64,000 bases of DNA from Alphaproteobacteria bacterium (GTDB lineage: Bacteria; Pseudomonadota; Alphaproteobacteria; GCA-2731375): NCBI GenBank assembly GCA_965225945.1, contig CBDDBZ010000037.1, positions 256,001 through 320,000 of the forward strand, in the 5' to 3' direction. Below, in pieces: positions 41,194-52,895 of this stretch; within the stretch, counting starts at the first letter, position 1, and every line of letters begins with the position of its first letter. The translations under genes were made by a program, and so were the position numbers. Below the pieces are notes generated by a model. It was not told where the DNA came from. It ran no database searches and worked only from the letters and a program-made list of their open reading frames with translations.

Positions 41194-41545
41194 CGCCACT
41201 CTCCTATTGGCTTTGGAAGATGGGGCGCCGAGAGGCGCCACGGATGCCATGCTGGTACGGTTCTGGGGAACACGCGGCTCCATCGCCAAGGCCGGCGAGG
41301 CGGCCGGGGCCACGGACTGGCTCACGCGGCCCTTCAGTCTTCAATACGCGCGCACCCGCATCCGAGCCTGGTTGCTGCGCGCGCGGTGCCGCTGGAAGAA
41401 GCCGCCTATCTCGGCCAACGATGCAAGCCGGATCGAGGCGCCATCCGCACTCGACGTCCTCGATAGCGAGGCGGAGGACCGATTCGATCGCCACACGCGC
41501 ATCGCGGCCATGGCATTGGAGGCGCCGTTCGCCCTGGTCGGCTGA
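41190..41545 (+). pseudogene. Mosaic remnant of an MBL-fold / receiver / GAF signalling gene
   Basis: MLVRFWGTRGSIAK joined to AGATDWLTRPFS and LDSEAEDRFDRHTRIAA. Confidence 0.65.
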
Positions 41546-41611
41546 TCGACCATGATCGCCAATAGCATGGTACACGCCGGGTCGAGCTATAGCCGAATCT
41601 TGGCGACGGGG

Positions 41612-43047
41612 TGATGCAGACGCGGCCTTCGACTTCTTCATCCAGGCCTACGGCCTGGCTTGTGTAGCGTGAGGTCTGGAAATTTGGCTTCGCCCCGCGC
41701 CGGGGTATACCCCGGCGCGGGGCGATCCGTCATTTTGGTTATCCATGAAAGCGTCCAAACAAACATGGAGAACCAGTATGCGGAAAGACCAGGATAGCGC
41801 TGTCGAGGCTTTGGTGGAACAATTGATCGAAGGCGGTAGCGAGAACATGGCGACGGTCTTCGCCGGCCTTTTCAATCTCGCCATGCGGATCGAGCGGGAG
41901 AGGTTCTTGGGCGCCGGCCACTATGAGCGCACGCCCGAGCGGCGGGGATACGCCAACGGCACCAGACCCAAGAAGATCGACACCCCGGCCGGTACGGTGA
42001 GGCTCGAGGTTCCCAAGACCGCCGGTCATGAGGCGCCTTTTTACCCCCAAGCCCTGGAGCGCGGACGGCGCTCCTGCCGCGCTGTCATGCTGGCCGTGGC
42101 GGAGATGTATATCAAAGGCGTCTCCACCCGTGACGCCGAGGCGGTGATGCGCGAGTTCGGCCTGGAGAGCCTGTCGTCGAGCCAGGTCAGCCGCGCCGCC
42201 AAGCTCTTGGATGGGGAGCTGGATGGCTGGCGCAACCGGCCGCTGGGCGAGATCCGCTACCTGCTCCTCGACGCGCGCTATGAGAAAGTCCGAGAGGGTG
42301 GCGTGGTGCGCGACGCCGCCGTGCTCTCGGTGATCGGCATCGGCCCCGACCAGCGCCGCCGGGTGCTCGGTGTTTCCTGTGCGCTCTCCGAGGCCGAAGT
42401 GCACTGGCGCGCCTTCCTGGAGACCCTGGTTGCCCGTGGCATGCGCGGTGTCGCCTATATCGTTTCCGATGATCATCCAGGCCTCGGCGCCGCGCGCAAG
42501 GCCGTCCTCGGCGGCGCCGTCTGGCAGCGCTGTCAGTACCATCTGGCTCAAAACGCCATCCATCACGCCCCCAACCTCGCCATCCGAAAGGCCATCGGCA
42601 AGGAGCTGCGCCGGGTCTGGAATGCCGCCGACGGCAAGGCCGCCGAGGCCGAGCTGGGCCACCTGGTGGCGGCCTACCGCGATAGCGCCCCCAAGCTCGC
42701 CGATTGGCTGGAGGCGGCGATCCCCGAGGGCCTCGCCGTCTTCGCCCTGCCCGAGCGCCACCAAAAGCGCATGCGAACCTCGAACCCCATGGAGCGATCC
42801 ATCCAGCAGGAGATCAAGCGCCGCACCGTAAAGGTCAGGGTCTTTCCCAACGAGGCCTCGCTCGAACGCCTGGTCACCGTCATCCTCGTCGAAATCGACG
42901 AGAAATGGGAAACCACCGAAAAACCCTACATCACTTGGAAAGCAGAGGATGACTGATCAACGGCGTTCCGAATTTCCACACATCAGGTTGCTCAATCTAC
43001 GGCCTGAGTATGACAAGGCGGTCGCCTGCCTGGCCAAGGACCGAGAT
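41612..43047 (+). pseudogene. Short remnant of a third IS256-like transposase split by IS256 type B
   Basis: DADAAFDFFIQAYG | YDKAVACLAKDRD on either side of the insertion. Confidence 0.6.
41657..42997 (+). mobile_element. IS256-family element type B, copy 1 (transposase 41778-42956)
   Basis: 8-bp TSD TACGGCCT; LLDARYEK, VSDDH, WQRC and TSNPMER motifs; 34-bp perfect palindrome at 41691-41724. Confidence 0.95.
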
Positions 43048-43182
43048 CGCGGTCCTGCCGGTTCGAATTCTCGAAGCTGCAGGTATCATGTCTTGGGAGA
43101 CCCCAGGGGTCGACACGTTGCTTACTAAACGCTTATTACGACACCATGCAAGTCGCCTCGGATCATCTAACCCATTGATTTA

Positions 43183-44205
43183 GGCTCAATTCGTGAATTG
43201 TATGCGTCACCTTGTTACGGCGGCGGCGAGGCAGGCTCGGTCATTGGCGCCGGGGGCGAGGCCGACGAGGTGGAACCAGCTCAGGTAGTTGTCCAGATAG
43301 CGGGTGGCGATGCCGCGGCGGGGACGCAGGAAGTCCTTCAACCGGCTGTGGCGGGTTCACCGTCTGCACATGCAGATCGCCCCGAACCCGTTCCCCCATC
43401 GAGCGGTTGAGTGCTTCGTGGCTCACCCCGAGCGCGGCGGCGCACGGTGGGTAGCTCGCGCCGCCGTCGGAGACCAGCAGGGCGTCCTTCGCGACCACCG
43501 GGTCGAGGGCAGCCGTGAGCGCCGCCGCATCGACCCTGGGCAGCACCGCGCTGACCGTCGTTCCGCTCCGGTCCGCCGCCATGAGAACCGGGACCTGCTC
43601 GCGCGAGAGGCCGCGCTTCTTCGCCTTGCCGCCCCGCCGCCGTGCCTTGCGCCCCAGCCCGCGCGCGCCCTTCCGGCTCTCCAGGACGTAGGTCTCGTCC
43701 GCTTCCACGATCCCCTTGAGCACCTCCGAATCGCTCCGCGCCGCCGCCAGAAACCGGTGACGCCAGCGGAACGCCGTGCTCACCGCCACGTCGCAGCGCG
43801 CCGCCGAGGCCTTCACCGTCTCCCCCTTCGCCAGCGACGCCCCGAACGACAGCCAGCGTTCCTTGTGGTGCAAGCCCGACAGCGGCGTACCGCTCAGCGC
43901 GTTGAAGGTCCTGCCGCAGCCCTTGCACTGGTAGCGCCGCAGACCCCGCGCCATACCGCGCGAAACCGCCCCTTCGCTCGCGCAGTGCGGACAGCGCCGG
44001 GCCTCGTCCACACCAAGCTCGATCGCGGCCTTCGATGCCTCGCCCTCGCTCCGGCCCGACAGCACCGCGAGCGCCTCGCGCCGCTGCGCGCGCGTCAGCC
44101 CGCGCGCCGCCGAAAGCCACACCTGGAAACCCTTGCCGTCCATAACCCAACCTCCTGACGTTCCAGGCACTCTATCACTAATGCATACAATTCACGAATT
44201 GAGCC
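43183..44205 (-). mobile_element. IS1595-family element; transposase frameshifted near 43355
   Basis: 23-bp perfect TIR GGCTCAATTCGTGAATTGTATGC; 8-bp TSD TTGATTTA; zinc ribbon, EADETY and SDG motifs; RHSRLK..RGIATRYL lies in another frame. Confidence 0.95.
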
Positions 44206-44215
44206 TTGATTTAAA

Positions 44216-44259
44216 TGGTAGCGGGGGAGGGACTTGAACCCCCGACACGCGGATTACGA
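44216..44259 (-). other. 3' half of tRNA-Met-like gene (att-site duplication)
   Basis: TCGTAATCCGCGTGTCGGGGGTTCAAGTCCCTCCCCCGCTACCA: T-arm and CCA present, 5' half absent; adjacent to an integrase. Confidence 0.85.
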
Positions 44260-44311
44260 CGCTGCGACAATCTCCTTCTAAACCGCAGTTTTCTGCGAAT
44301 TACAACGTGTC

Positions 44312-45538
44312 ATGTCGCAAATTAGGCCCTCTATGTCGCAAAGAGCTTGCCGGCGATGTTGCTGGCCCGCGTCGTCTCCCGCGTCTGCTGGTCTTCGTCC
44401 TTGAACAGGTGGCCGTAGAGGTCGTAGGTCATCGCGATGTTGGCGTGGCCCATCTCGGCCATGACTTCCTTCGGATTCGCGTCCTGGGCGATCAGCATCG
44501 AGGCGTGGAAGTGGCGCAGCGCGTGGAACTTCATCGGCGGCAGGCCGCAGGCCCGCAGGATCGGCTTCCAGGCCCGACTATGGATGTTCGCCATGTTCTC
44601 GACGTTGCCGCTCCGGTTCGGGAATACGAGATCGCCCTTCGGACATTCGAGCTTCCAGGCCCGCAGCATCGAAACCAACTGCGCCGGAATTGCGATGGTG
44701 CGGTGAGCGGATTCCGACTTTGGGTCGCCAATGATGCCGTTCTCGTCGGCCCGCTGGTCGACCTCAATGCGCTGGCCGTCGAGATCGACGCGCGACCAAT
44801 AGAGCCCGCGAAGCTCGCTCGCCCTCATGCCGGTGAGCGCGGCCGTGGCAATGAACGCCCGATACCGACGCCAGCGCTTCGCTTGGTGCTGGACGGATGT
44901 CGCTGATAGCTCGTCGAGCTTGGCGAAGACGGCCTGCATATCGGCCGGCGCCGGGATCTCGACCTTCTGTTGTGCTCGCTTGTCGGCGCCGATCTTGACG
45001 GCCTTCCCCACGTTCTGCGCCACAAGCCCGCGCGCTTGCGCCTCGTTGAGGATGCTCTTGAAGCTGGACAGCACCTTGCGCGCCATCGGCCGGGACAGTT
45101 TTCCGAGAAGCTCGTCGCGGAACGTGCCGACGGCGGGCGCGGTCAGCTTGTTGAGCTTCACGCTGCCGACACGCGGAACGATGTGATGGTCGATGTGGCT
45201 CCGGTAGCTACGAAGCGTATGCGGCTCGACCGGCGGGCGACCGTCACGGCCCAGACGGCAAGCCTCGTACCAGACCTCGGCGGCTTCTCCGACGGTGACG
45301 GTTTCGCTGTCGGGTGTGTGCGTCCCCGCCTTCACCTCGGACTCGGCGTCCCGAAGCCAGCCCCTCGCCTCGTTCTTGAGCCCGAAGGTCTTGATATGGC
45401 GATCGCCCTTGCCGTCGCGATAATCCGCGACCCATGCCGTTTTCGTCTCGCCGCCGCTGGTGGTCCAGGTGCGTTTGCGTATGCTCGACATATCCGTTTC
45501 CCTCCGGTTGGCTACGGGTAACTACGATATGTCGCAAA
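44312..45538 (+). repeat. Three ATGTCGCAAA direct repeats (putative integrase arm sites)
   Basis: Copies at 44312, 44333 and 45529. Confidence 0.6.
44331..45491 (-). CDS. Tyrosine recombinase / phage-type integrase
   Basis: TGMRASE, K, FHALRHFHAS and MGHANIAMTYDLYGH catalytic set. Confidence 0.96.
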   Translation of the reverse strand: MSSIRKRTWTTSGGETKTAWVADYRDGKGDRHIKTFGLKNEARGWLRDAESEVKAGTHTPDSETVTVGEAAEVWYEACRLGRDGRPPVEPHTLRSYRSHIDHHIVPRVGSVKLNKLTAPAVGTFRDELLGKLSRPMARKVLSSFKSILNEAQARGLVAQNVGKAVKIGADKRAQQKVEIPAPADMQAVFAKLDELSATSVQHQAKRWRRYRAFIATAALTGMRASELRGLYWSRVDLDGQRIEVDQRADENGIIGDPKSESAHRTIAIPAQLVSMLRAWKLECPKGDLVFPNRSGNVENMANIHSRAWKPILRACGLPPMKFHALRHFHASMLIAQDANPKEVMAEMGHANIAMTYDLYGHLFKDEDQQTRETTRASNIAGKLFAT

Positions 45539-45638
45539 CAGTCCGCAGGTCAAGACGCCGGTCGGGATATTGTCTGGCCAGACGGTTCCGGGATGGCCGT
45601 TTCCCGCGCCAGGGAGGCCGCTGGACGGCGATACCGGG

Positions 45639-45679
45639 CGTTCGGGTAGGGCCCCCCCGTTCGGGTAGGCCCCCCCCGT
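45639..45679. repeat. 2 x 20-bp tandem repeat
   Basis: CGTTCGGGTAGG(G/C)CCCCCC twice. Confidence 0.8.
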
Positions 45680-45833
45680 CGCCCCCGCCACGCTCACGGC
45701 GTGTCCGGCTTTAGCGGGCGCCGTGAAGTGCCTACACTGGCGATGCGCGACGAGAGGGGGCGCCAGACCCCACATCGCGCGGCTCCCGCCGTCGGTCCAG
45801 CAGGCTCCGGCGGCGGGGGTTCTCGACGTCATC

Positions 45834-45963
45834 TCAACTCGGCTTGACCGAACCGTCGCCCCGCGCGCGGGGCCCTCCCGTGGACTACGTGGACAAGCTC
45901 CCCAGCCGTCCGTGGTGGATTTTTACGACGCCCAAGTGGCGCATTTTGACTCCGCCGTTGACA
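45834..45963 (+). mobile_element. Isolated IS21-like end
   Basis: GTGG.(A)TTTT..C.CCGCC subterminal repeats ending GTTGACA. Confidence 0.65.
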
Positions 45964-46084
45964 CGCTGTGGGCAATCTGTGGGTCTTTGTGCCCCATAAG
46001 GCGCTCCAGGAGAGGCGACACAAGACTGCGGAACCGTCGGGAGGACGCGCGTCTGATGGGATTGGTGAAGAAGGTCGAGCCAAT

Positions 46085-48462
46085 TGTCAATCGGCGTTGA
46101 ACATTGACCCCCTATCGGCGTGCAATGTTGACCCCTTTGGGGATGCACGGCGGAGGTCGTACAGGTAGTCCATAGGAGGGGCCCGCGCGCGGGCCGACGC
46201 GCCCACCACGCGGCTGGCGGCGGACCGCGCGTGGGAGGTTCCTGTGGGCCCACCTGGGCGACCGGGCGGCAGGTGGATCGGTTGCCTTTAGGACCGATTC
46301 TTGAAGCGCCAGGAGTCGTTTCCGGTCTCGATGATCTCGCAGTGGTGCGTCAGACGATCGAGGAGCGCGGTGGTCATCTTGGCGTCGCCGAAGACGGACG
46401 GCCATTCGCCGAAGGTCAGGTTGGTGGTGACGATGATCGAGGTGCGCTCGTAGAGCCGGCTGACGAGGTGGAACAGCAGCTGGCCTCCGGTTTGGGCGAA
46501 GGGCAGGTAGCCGAGCTCGTCGAGGATGACGAGGTCGCGCCGGGCCAGCTGATCGGCGAGCCGGCCCTGGCGGCCGGCGCGGGCTTCGGCCTCGAGCCGG
46601 TTGACCAGGTCGACGACGTTGAAGAAGCGGCCCCGGGCGCCATCGCGGATGCAGGCCCGCGCGATGGCGACGGCGAGATGGCTCTTGCCGGTGCCGGTGC
46701 CGCCGATCAGCACGGCGTTGCGCTGGTTGGCCAGGAAGCCGCCGACCGCCAACTCGCGGACCAGCGGCTCGTTGACCGGGGTGTCGGTGAAGTCGAAGTC
46801 GGCCAGCTCCTTGGCCAGCGGCAGCTTGGCGCCACTCATCTGGTACTTGATGGATCGCGCCTGCTTGTCGGCGATCTCGGCCTTCAACAGCTCGCCGATG
46901 ATTCGCTGCATCGGATGCTGGCGCTTGAGGCCGTCGGCGAGCACCTCGTCGAACGCGTCGCGCATGCCGGCGAGCTTGAGTGCGGCCATCATCTCCAGGA
47001 CCTCATGGCGCTCCATGGCCGACCCCCCTCAAGCGGTCGTAGCGGGTGCAATCGGCCACCGGCTCAAAGCGAAGACGCAGGTTCGCGGGCGTCGGGATCG
47101 GCGCCGTCTCGGACGGCTGGCGCCGACGATTGAGGATGTTGAGCACGACGTCGGCGCTGCACACGCCGCCAGCGAGCGCCTCGGCACAGGCGGCCTCCAC
47201 CGCCGCCAGCCCATCCGCCAGCACGGCGGTGAGGATCTCGACCATCTGCCTGTCGCCGTCGTCGTGGCCGGCGAGCCGGACGCGCACGCGACCCAGGGCG
47301 CCGGGCAGCGCCCAGTCCTTGAACGGCGCGCCGTTACGAAGCGCACCGGGCTTCCTCGCCAGCACGGGCACGTAGTGCCACGGGTCATAGACGGTCTGGT
47401 CGCGGCCGAAGCGCCGGGCATGCTCGGCGACGATCTCGCCGTCCTGGCGGATGACGATGCGATCGGCGTAGGCATGGACCTCGACCGGACGGCCGACGGC
47501 GCGCGCCGCCACGCTGTACTTGTTGCTGTCGAAGCGCACCAGGCAGGTCTTCGACACCGACGCCGGGACCGCGTGGAAGCCGTCGAACGGCCCGCGATAG
47601 CCGACCAGGGACGGACGCTCGTCCTCGAACACCTGCCAGACAGTCCTGTCCTTGAACACCGGGTGGGGATGACGCCGGGCGTAGGCGACGCACTGGTCCA
47701 AGAGCCAGGCGTTGAGCTCGTCGTAGGTCTTGAAGCGCAGCCGCGGGGTGAAGAACCGACCGCGGATGATCCCGACCTGGTTCTCGACCTGCCCCTTCTC
47801 CCATCCCGCTCCCGGCGTGCATGCTGTCGGTTCGACCAGGTAGTGGCCACACATCTGCACGAAGCGCCGGTTGAACGCGCGCTCCTTGCCGATGAGGACG
47901 GTCTGCACCGCCGTCTTCATGTTGTCGTAGATGCCTCGCCGGCAGGCACCCTGGAACAGCCGGAATGCCCGGTCGTGGGCGTCGAACACCATCTCCTGGC
48001 TCTCGCGCGGATAAGCGCGGACGAAGAACATTCGGCTGTGGCACAGCCGGACGTGCGCGACCTTGACCTTGGTCGTCACCCCCGCCAGCACCACGTACTC
48101 GTGGCTCCAGTCGAACTGATAGGCCTCGCCCGGCGAGAACACCAACGGCACATAGGTCTGCGCCGTCGATGCCGAACGGCGCCACCGCCACGCCTTGGCG
48201 TAGCGCCGCACCGCGTCGTAGCCGCCGCCATAGCCCAGACCCTCGAGGGCTTCGGAGATCCGTAGCAGCGTCAGCCGCTCCCGCTTCGACTTGGTCTCGT
48301 TGGCCTCCAGCATCCGCTCCAGCTCGGCCATCCACGGCCCCAGCTTCGGCATCGGCTGGACCCGCCGGTCGTAGGTGAACGCCGTCGCCTGCGAACGGAT
48401 CACCTTGCGCACCGTGTTGCCCGAGACCTTCACGTCCCGCACGATCTCCTTGATCGGCTTCC
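46085..48462 (-). mobile_element. IS21-family element, copy 1; istA 47003-48462 is 5'-truncated
   Basis: TGTCAATCGGCG end with ATTGACCCC repeats; QFDWS, YDNMKT and EKGQVE motifs. Confidence 0.93.
46288..47016 (-). CDS. istB: IS21 helper ATPase
   Basis: [19 protein letters not shown] and LLDRLTHH motifs. Confidence 0.96.
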   Translation of the reverse strand: MERHEVLEMMAALKLAGMRDAFDEVLADGLKRQHPMQRIIGELLKAEIADKQARSIKYQMSGAKLPLAKELADFDFTDTPVNEPLVRELAVGGFLANQRNAVLIGGTGTGKSHLAVAIARACIRDGARGRFFNVVDLVNRLEAEARAGRQGRLADQLARRDLVILDELGYLPFAQTGGQLLFHLVSRLYERTSIIVTTNLTFGEWPSVFGDAKMTTALLDRLTHHCEIIETGNDSWRFKNRS

Positions 48463-49665
48463 GAGGCCTCGTTGGGAAAGACCCTGACCTTTACGGTGCG
48501 GCGCTTGATCTCCTGCTGGATGGATCGCTCCATGGGGTTCGAGGTTCGCATGCGCTTTTGGTGGCGCTCGGGCAGGGCGAAGACGGCGAGGCCCTCGGGG
48601 ATCGCCGTCTCCAGCCAATCGGCGAGCTTGGGGGCGCTGTCGCGGTAGGCCGCCACCAGATGGCCCAGCTCGGCCTCGGCGGCCTTGCCGTCGGCGGCGT
48701 TCCAGACCCGGCGCAGCTCCTTGCCGATGGCCTTTCGGATGGCGAGGTTGGGGGCGTGATGGATGGCGTTTTGAGCCAGATGGTACTGACAGCGCTGCCA
48801 GACGGCGCCGCCGAGGACGGCCTTGCGCGCGGCGCCGAGGCCTGGATGATCATCGGAAACGATATAGGCGACACCGCGCATGCCACGGGCAACCAGGGTC
48901 TCCAGGAAGGCGCGCCAGTGCACTTCGGCCTCGGAGAGCGCACAGGAAACACCGAGCACCCGGCGGCGCTGGTCGGGGCCGATGCCGATCACCGAGAGCA
49001 CGGCGGCGTCGCGCACCACGCCACCCTCTCGGACTTTCTCATAGCGCGCGTCGAGGAGCAGGTAGCGGATCTCGCCCAGCGGCCGGTTGCGCCAGGCATC
49101 CAGCTCCCCATCCAAGAGCTTGGCGGCGCGGCTGACCTGGCTCGACGACAGGCTCTCCAGGCCGAACTCGCGCATCACCGCCTCGGCGTCACGGGTGGAG
49201 ACGCCTTTGATATACATCTCCGCCACGGCCAGCATGACAGCGCGGCAGGAGCGCCGTCCGCGCTCCAGGGCTTGGGGGTAAAAAGGCGCCTCATGACCGG
49301 CGGTCTTGGGAACCTCGAGCCTCACCGTACCGGCCGGGGTGTCGATCTTCTTGGGTCTGGTGCCGTTGGCGTATCCCCGCCGCTCGGGCGTGCGCTCATA
49401 GTGGCCGGCGCCCAAGAACCTCTCCCGCTCGATCCGCATGGCGAGATTGAAAAGGCCGGCGAAGACCGTCGCCATGTTCTCGCTACCGCCTTCGATCAAT
49501 TGTTCCACCAAAGCCTCGACAGCGCTATCCTGGTCTTTCCGCATACTGGTTCTCCATGTTTGTTTGGACGCTTTCATGGATAACCAAAATGACGGATCGC
49601 CCCGCGCCGGGGTATACCCCGGCGCGGGGCGAAGCCAAATTTCCAGACCTCACGCTACACAAGCC
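48463..49665 (-). mobile_element. IS256 type B, copy 2, 3'-truncated and fused to IS21
   Basis: Matches 41657-42860; breaks after FPNEAS. Confidence 0.93.
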
Positions 49666-50538
49666 TTGGCTCGGCTGTTCTACACGTACTGGAACAGCTA
49701 CGACTGGATGTTCTACGCGTACTGGAACAACATCGACTGGACCGAAGACGAGCCGGGGGTCGTTTACGTGCTTCTCGTCCTGGTCGTGATCCCATTGCTT
49801 TCCGTCCTCGCGCTGTACGGCCTCCTCAGCTTCTGGGTCGGCGCCGGGGTCGCGGCACATCAGGAATCGCTAAGAGAGGTCATCGTTGCCGCCGTCTGCC
49901 GGTTCTTCGACGGCCTCAAGTACACGCGCGTTCCGGGCGCGCGCTTTGATCACAAGCGGTTCTTCAAACTCGGTGTCGTTCCCGGGGGCTCTGAGGTGCC
50001 GCTCAAGGACATGTTCATCGGCCGCCATCGCGACACCGCGTTCAGGATGGTCGACGCCGAGGTCACGCAGGTTGACGATAAGCACACACACACCGTTTTC
50101 GACGGGCGGCTGATCGAGATCGACATCCCCGCAGAGGTCTCGGGGCGCGTGCTCATCGGCGACAAGGAAAAGATCGACAAGGTGCTAAAGGGCTTATTCT
50201 TCAGCAAGTGGACGCGCGTCCAGTTCGATCACCCCGACTTCGAGGACCGCTACGCCGTCTACGCGAGCGATGCCGACGAGGCGCGGCGCTTGGTCAGTCC
50301 AGGGTTCTGCGACAACATGTTAACTCTCGCCGACGCCTACGGCACACTCGGCGCCGCCGTTGTCGACGGCGTGTTCCTGCTCGCCGTCCCGGTCCCCGGC
50401 GACCTGTTCGAGCCGGGCTCGATCAATCGCTCGGTCTACGACTGTGAAGGCAATATTCACGAGTTTCTCAAACAGCTCACGATCGCCCACCGCTTTATCG
50501 ACTGCTTGCACGGCGACCGCCCCGAACGACCGGCTTAA
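49666..50538 (+). pseudogene. DUF3137-like membrane protein, 5' end removed by IS256
   Basis: TM helix; TVFDG and DFEDRYAVYASD..EARRLVSP motifs; 33-bp tandem duplication at 49675-49740. Confidence 0.75.
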
Positions 50539-50824
50539 GCTCACCGTATAGGTGGCCAAGGAAGAGGGCTGCCAACGGCGCCACGAGAGCCAGCACGATA
50601 TAAACGATGAAGTTGCTGATGGTGACACGGCTGGTGCTCTCACTCATTCCAGCTTCGACCAGAACGATCGGGGCTGCGAGCGATCCTCGATCTGGCTGCG
50701 TGTTACCACTCGCCAAGGAAGTATACCCCGTTAGGATTTTTCCCCGACGAGCTTATGTTTTAAAGGGGTTTTGTGAAGTCACGAAAACCACCGTTTTTGC
50801 GCGCCTACCGGGACGGGAACATCG

Positions 50825-51583
50825 TCACTCTACGTCAAAAATCCCATCAAGAATCTTGACCAAGATCCCGGCCGCGATAAGAAGGGCGATCACCCAAGGG
50901 GTAGAGCCGGCAGGCTGTCCGGACTCGGAGCCGGGTAGCTGCGCCGTCGGGACCGGCTTGGGATTGACGACCTCAATAATACTTTTGCTTCTTTCGCGCG
51001 CAGCGCTGGTCGGTAACCAACGCCAGACCCGGAGCGGAGTGACGATGTTCTTCAATTCGTGGGCGCCGTCGTCAGCAAATGAGACATCCAGTTTGTCATG
51101 AACTTGGCCGCGCACGATATCGGAGATGGCAATGCCGCCCGGCTCCGCGATTTCCTGCATCCCCGCAGCGACGTTCACGCCGTCGCCGTAAATGTCGTCG
51201 CCATCGACGATGACCTCGCCGATGTTGATTCCGACGCGAAGCAGCATCCGGCGATCATCGGGTAGAGTGGCGTTACGACGAAGCAGGGGTAGAGCGGTGT
51301 CTCGATCGACCATGCCGGACTGAACGGCGACACTGGCTTCCACTGCCGCGACGGCGCTCGCGAACTCCACCAGAATACTATCGCCTGCGCCACCGACCAC
51401 TCGACCGCCCAACCGTTCTATCGTTGGAGTCCATAGCTCTTCTATCGTTGGAGTCCATAGTTCGCGACGAAGCATCTTCATGGCCGCGAGTGTGCCGGTT
51501 TCGCCCTCCCCCATGAAACGCGAATATCTGACCATGTCGGCGGATACGATCGCCGCCAATCTTCGTCGTGGACGTGACGACAT
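50825..51583 (-). CDS. Class III adenylate/guanylate cyclase domain + C-terminal TM helix (degenerate)
   Basis: RRLAAIVSADMVRYSRFM, AGDS, RVGINIGEV, DIYGDGVNVAA and LKNI motifs. Confidence 0.88.
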   Translation of the reverse strand: MSSRPRRRLAAIVSADMVRYSRFMGEGETGTLAAMKMLRRELWTPTIEELWTPTIERLGGRVVGGAGDSILVEFASAVAAVEASVAVQSGMVDRDTALPLLRRNATLPDDRRMLLRVGINIGEVIVDGDDIYGDGVNVAAGMQEIAEPGGIAISDIVRGQVHDKLDVSFADDGAHELKNIVTPLRVWRWLPTSAARERSKSIIEVVNPKPVPTAQLPGSESGQPAGSTPWVIALLIAAGILVKILDGIFDVE

Positions 51584-51680
51584 GGTTCAAGTCTACCGGA
51601 ACTCGCGAGCAGTAGGAACAGCAATCTCAGTTCTTCGAGACGCGTGAATGCATTAGGGACAGCTAAACGGCAACTCTTGG

Positions 51681-52895
51681 CTCTTATGTCCTCTCCCCTG
51701 TCAAGCACGAACGCGGCCTTTCACCCGGCTCGTCACCGGGTGCTGGGTATCTGACGCCCGCTTTGGAAGGCAGCGGCGGGACGGCTTTGATCGACGGTCC
51801 ATCAAGCTCTTATCCGCGGATCGACTACCGCATGTCCCTATGTCCGATGGGGCTGTCCTGACTCTACAGACGGGCATCGGATGCAATCCTGCCCATAGCC
51901 AAGGAACGGGAGTTCCCCAAGTGGCCGCCACCGCCGCTGCCCACGCAAGCGGGCGTGTTGGTATTCGCCGCTCGGCGCGCGGCGATTTATGCCATCGGCG
52001 GGGGCACCATGCGGGCGATGGCCCAGACGTGCCCCGCCAGCTCCCGGGCCACCGCGGTCAGCACGGTGTTCTGGTGTTTGCCGCGCCCGCGCAGATCGCG
52101 CATGCGACGACACAATCGTATCTGCGCCTGCCAGGCCTTGTCGCGGATCGGCTCCGGCAGATGGGCTGAACGGGCGCGGATCGGGCTCGACTGGCGCGCC
52201 GGGTGACGATAGGTCCAGGCTGCCTCCACCAGGACACGGCGAACCATGGCGTTGCCCGACTTGGTGATCTTGCCCCGCTTGCGTCGATCACCGCTGGAAT
52301 ATTCCGACGGCACCAAGCCGACGTAGGCCATCAGATGGCCCGCCGTGGGGAAGCGCTGGAAGTCGCCGATCTCCGCCGCGACCATGGCGGCATTCTCCCA
52401 ATCGAAGCCGCGTAACGCCTGAAGGGCGTCCATGACCGGATACAAGGCCCAGCCGCCAAGGTGTTCCCGCAACTCCAGGCGCGCTCGCGCCAGCATCTCT
52501 TCCGCCCGTTCGAGACGGCCAAGCAATTCCGAATAGGTCAGCGCCAGAGCGCCGTGCTCGAACTTCTGATCCACCAGCCAGTTCCGGTGGGTCTTCGTCC
52601 AATGCGTCGTACCCGCCCGATACACCCGATCATGCATCAGGCAGAAGCCCAGGATCTGCTGCTTGGCCCGGCGCACGTCGCCCGCCGCCAGGTGGCGCAG
52701 GCGCACCAGCGCGCGAACCGCCTCGTGGCTCGCGTCGGGCACCCAGACCGCGGTCAACTGTCCGGCACGCAACAACGAAGCCAGGCTCAGCGCGTCCCGC
52801 CGGTCCGTCTTGACCCGGTCACCGGGCCGCTTGGGGATCAGCGAGGGCGCCACCACATCGCAGGTGTGGCCCCAGTCCAAAAGCCGGCGATGCAG
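51681..52895 (-). mobile_element. IS110-family element, copy 2, 5'-truncated (partial recombinase to 51987; bridge-RNA region ~51754-51956)
   Basis: Reverse complement of copy 1 without the IS256; CC core at 51679-51680. Confidence 0.93.

Noticed and set aside
44216-44259. Functional tRNA gene
   Set aside because: D-arm and 5' acceptor strand are absent.
47385-49577. 730-aa ORF as a novel fusion transposase
   Set aside because: A truncated IS256 frame reads into an off-frame part of istA; not a real domain fusion.
50495-50647. Small ORF starting MSESTSR, like MSESTQR
   Set aside because: No conserved leader and no LAAI motif; coding status is unsupported.
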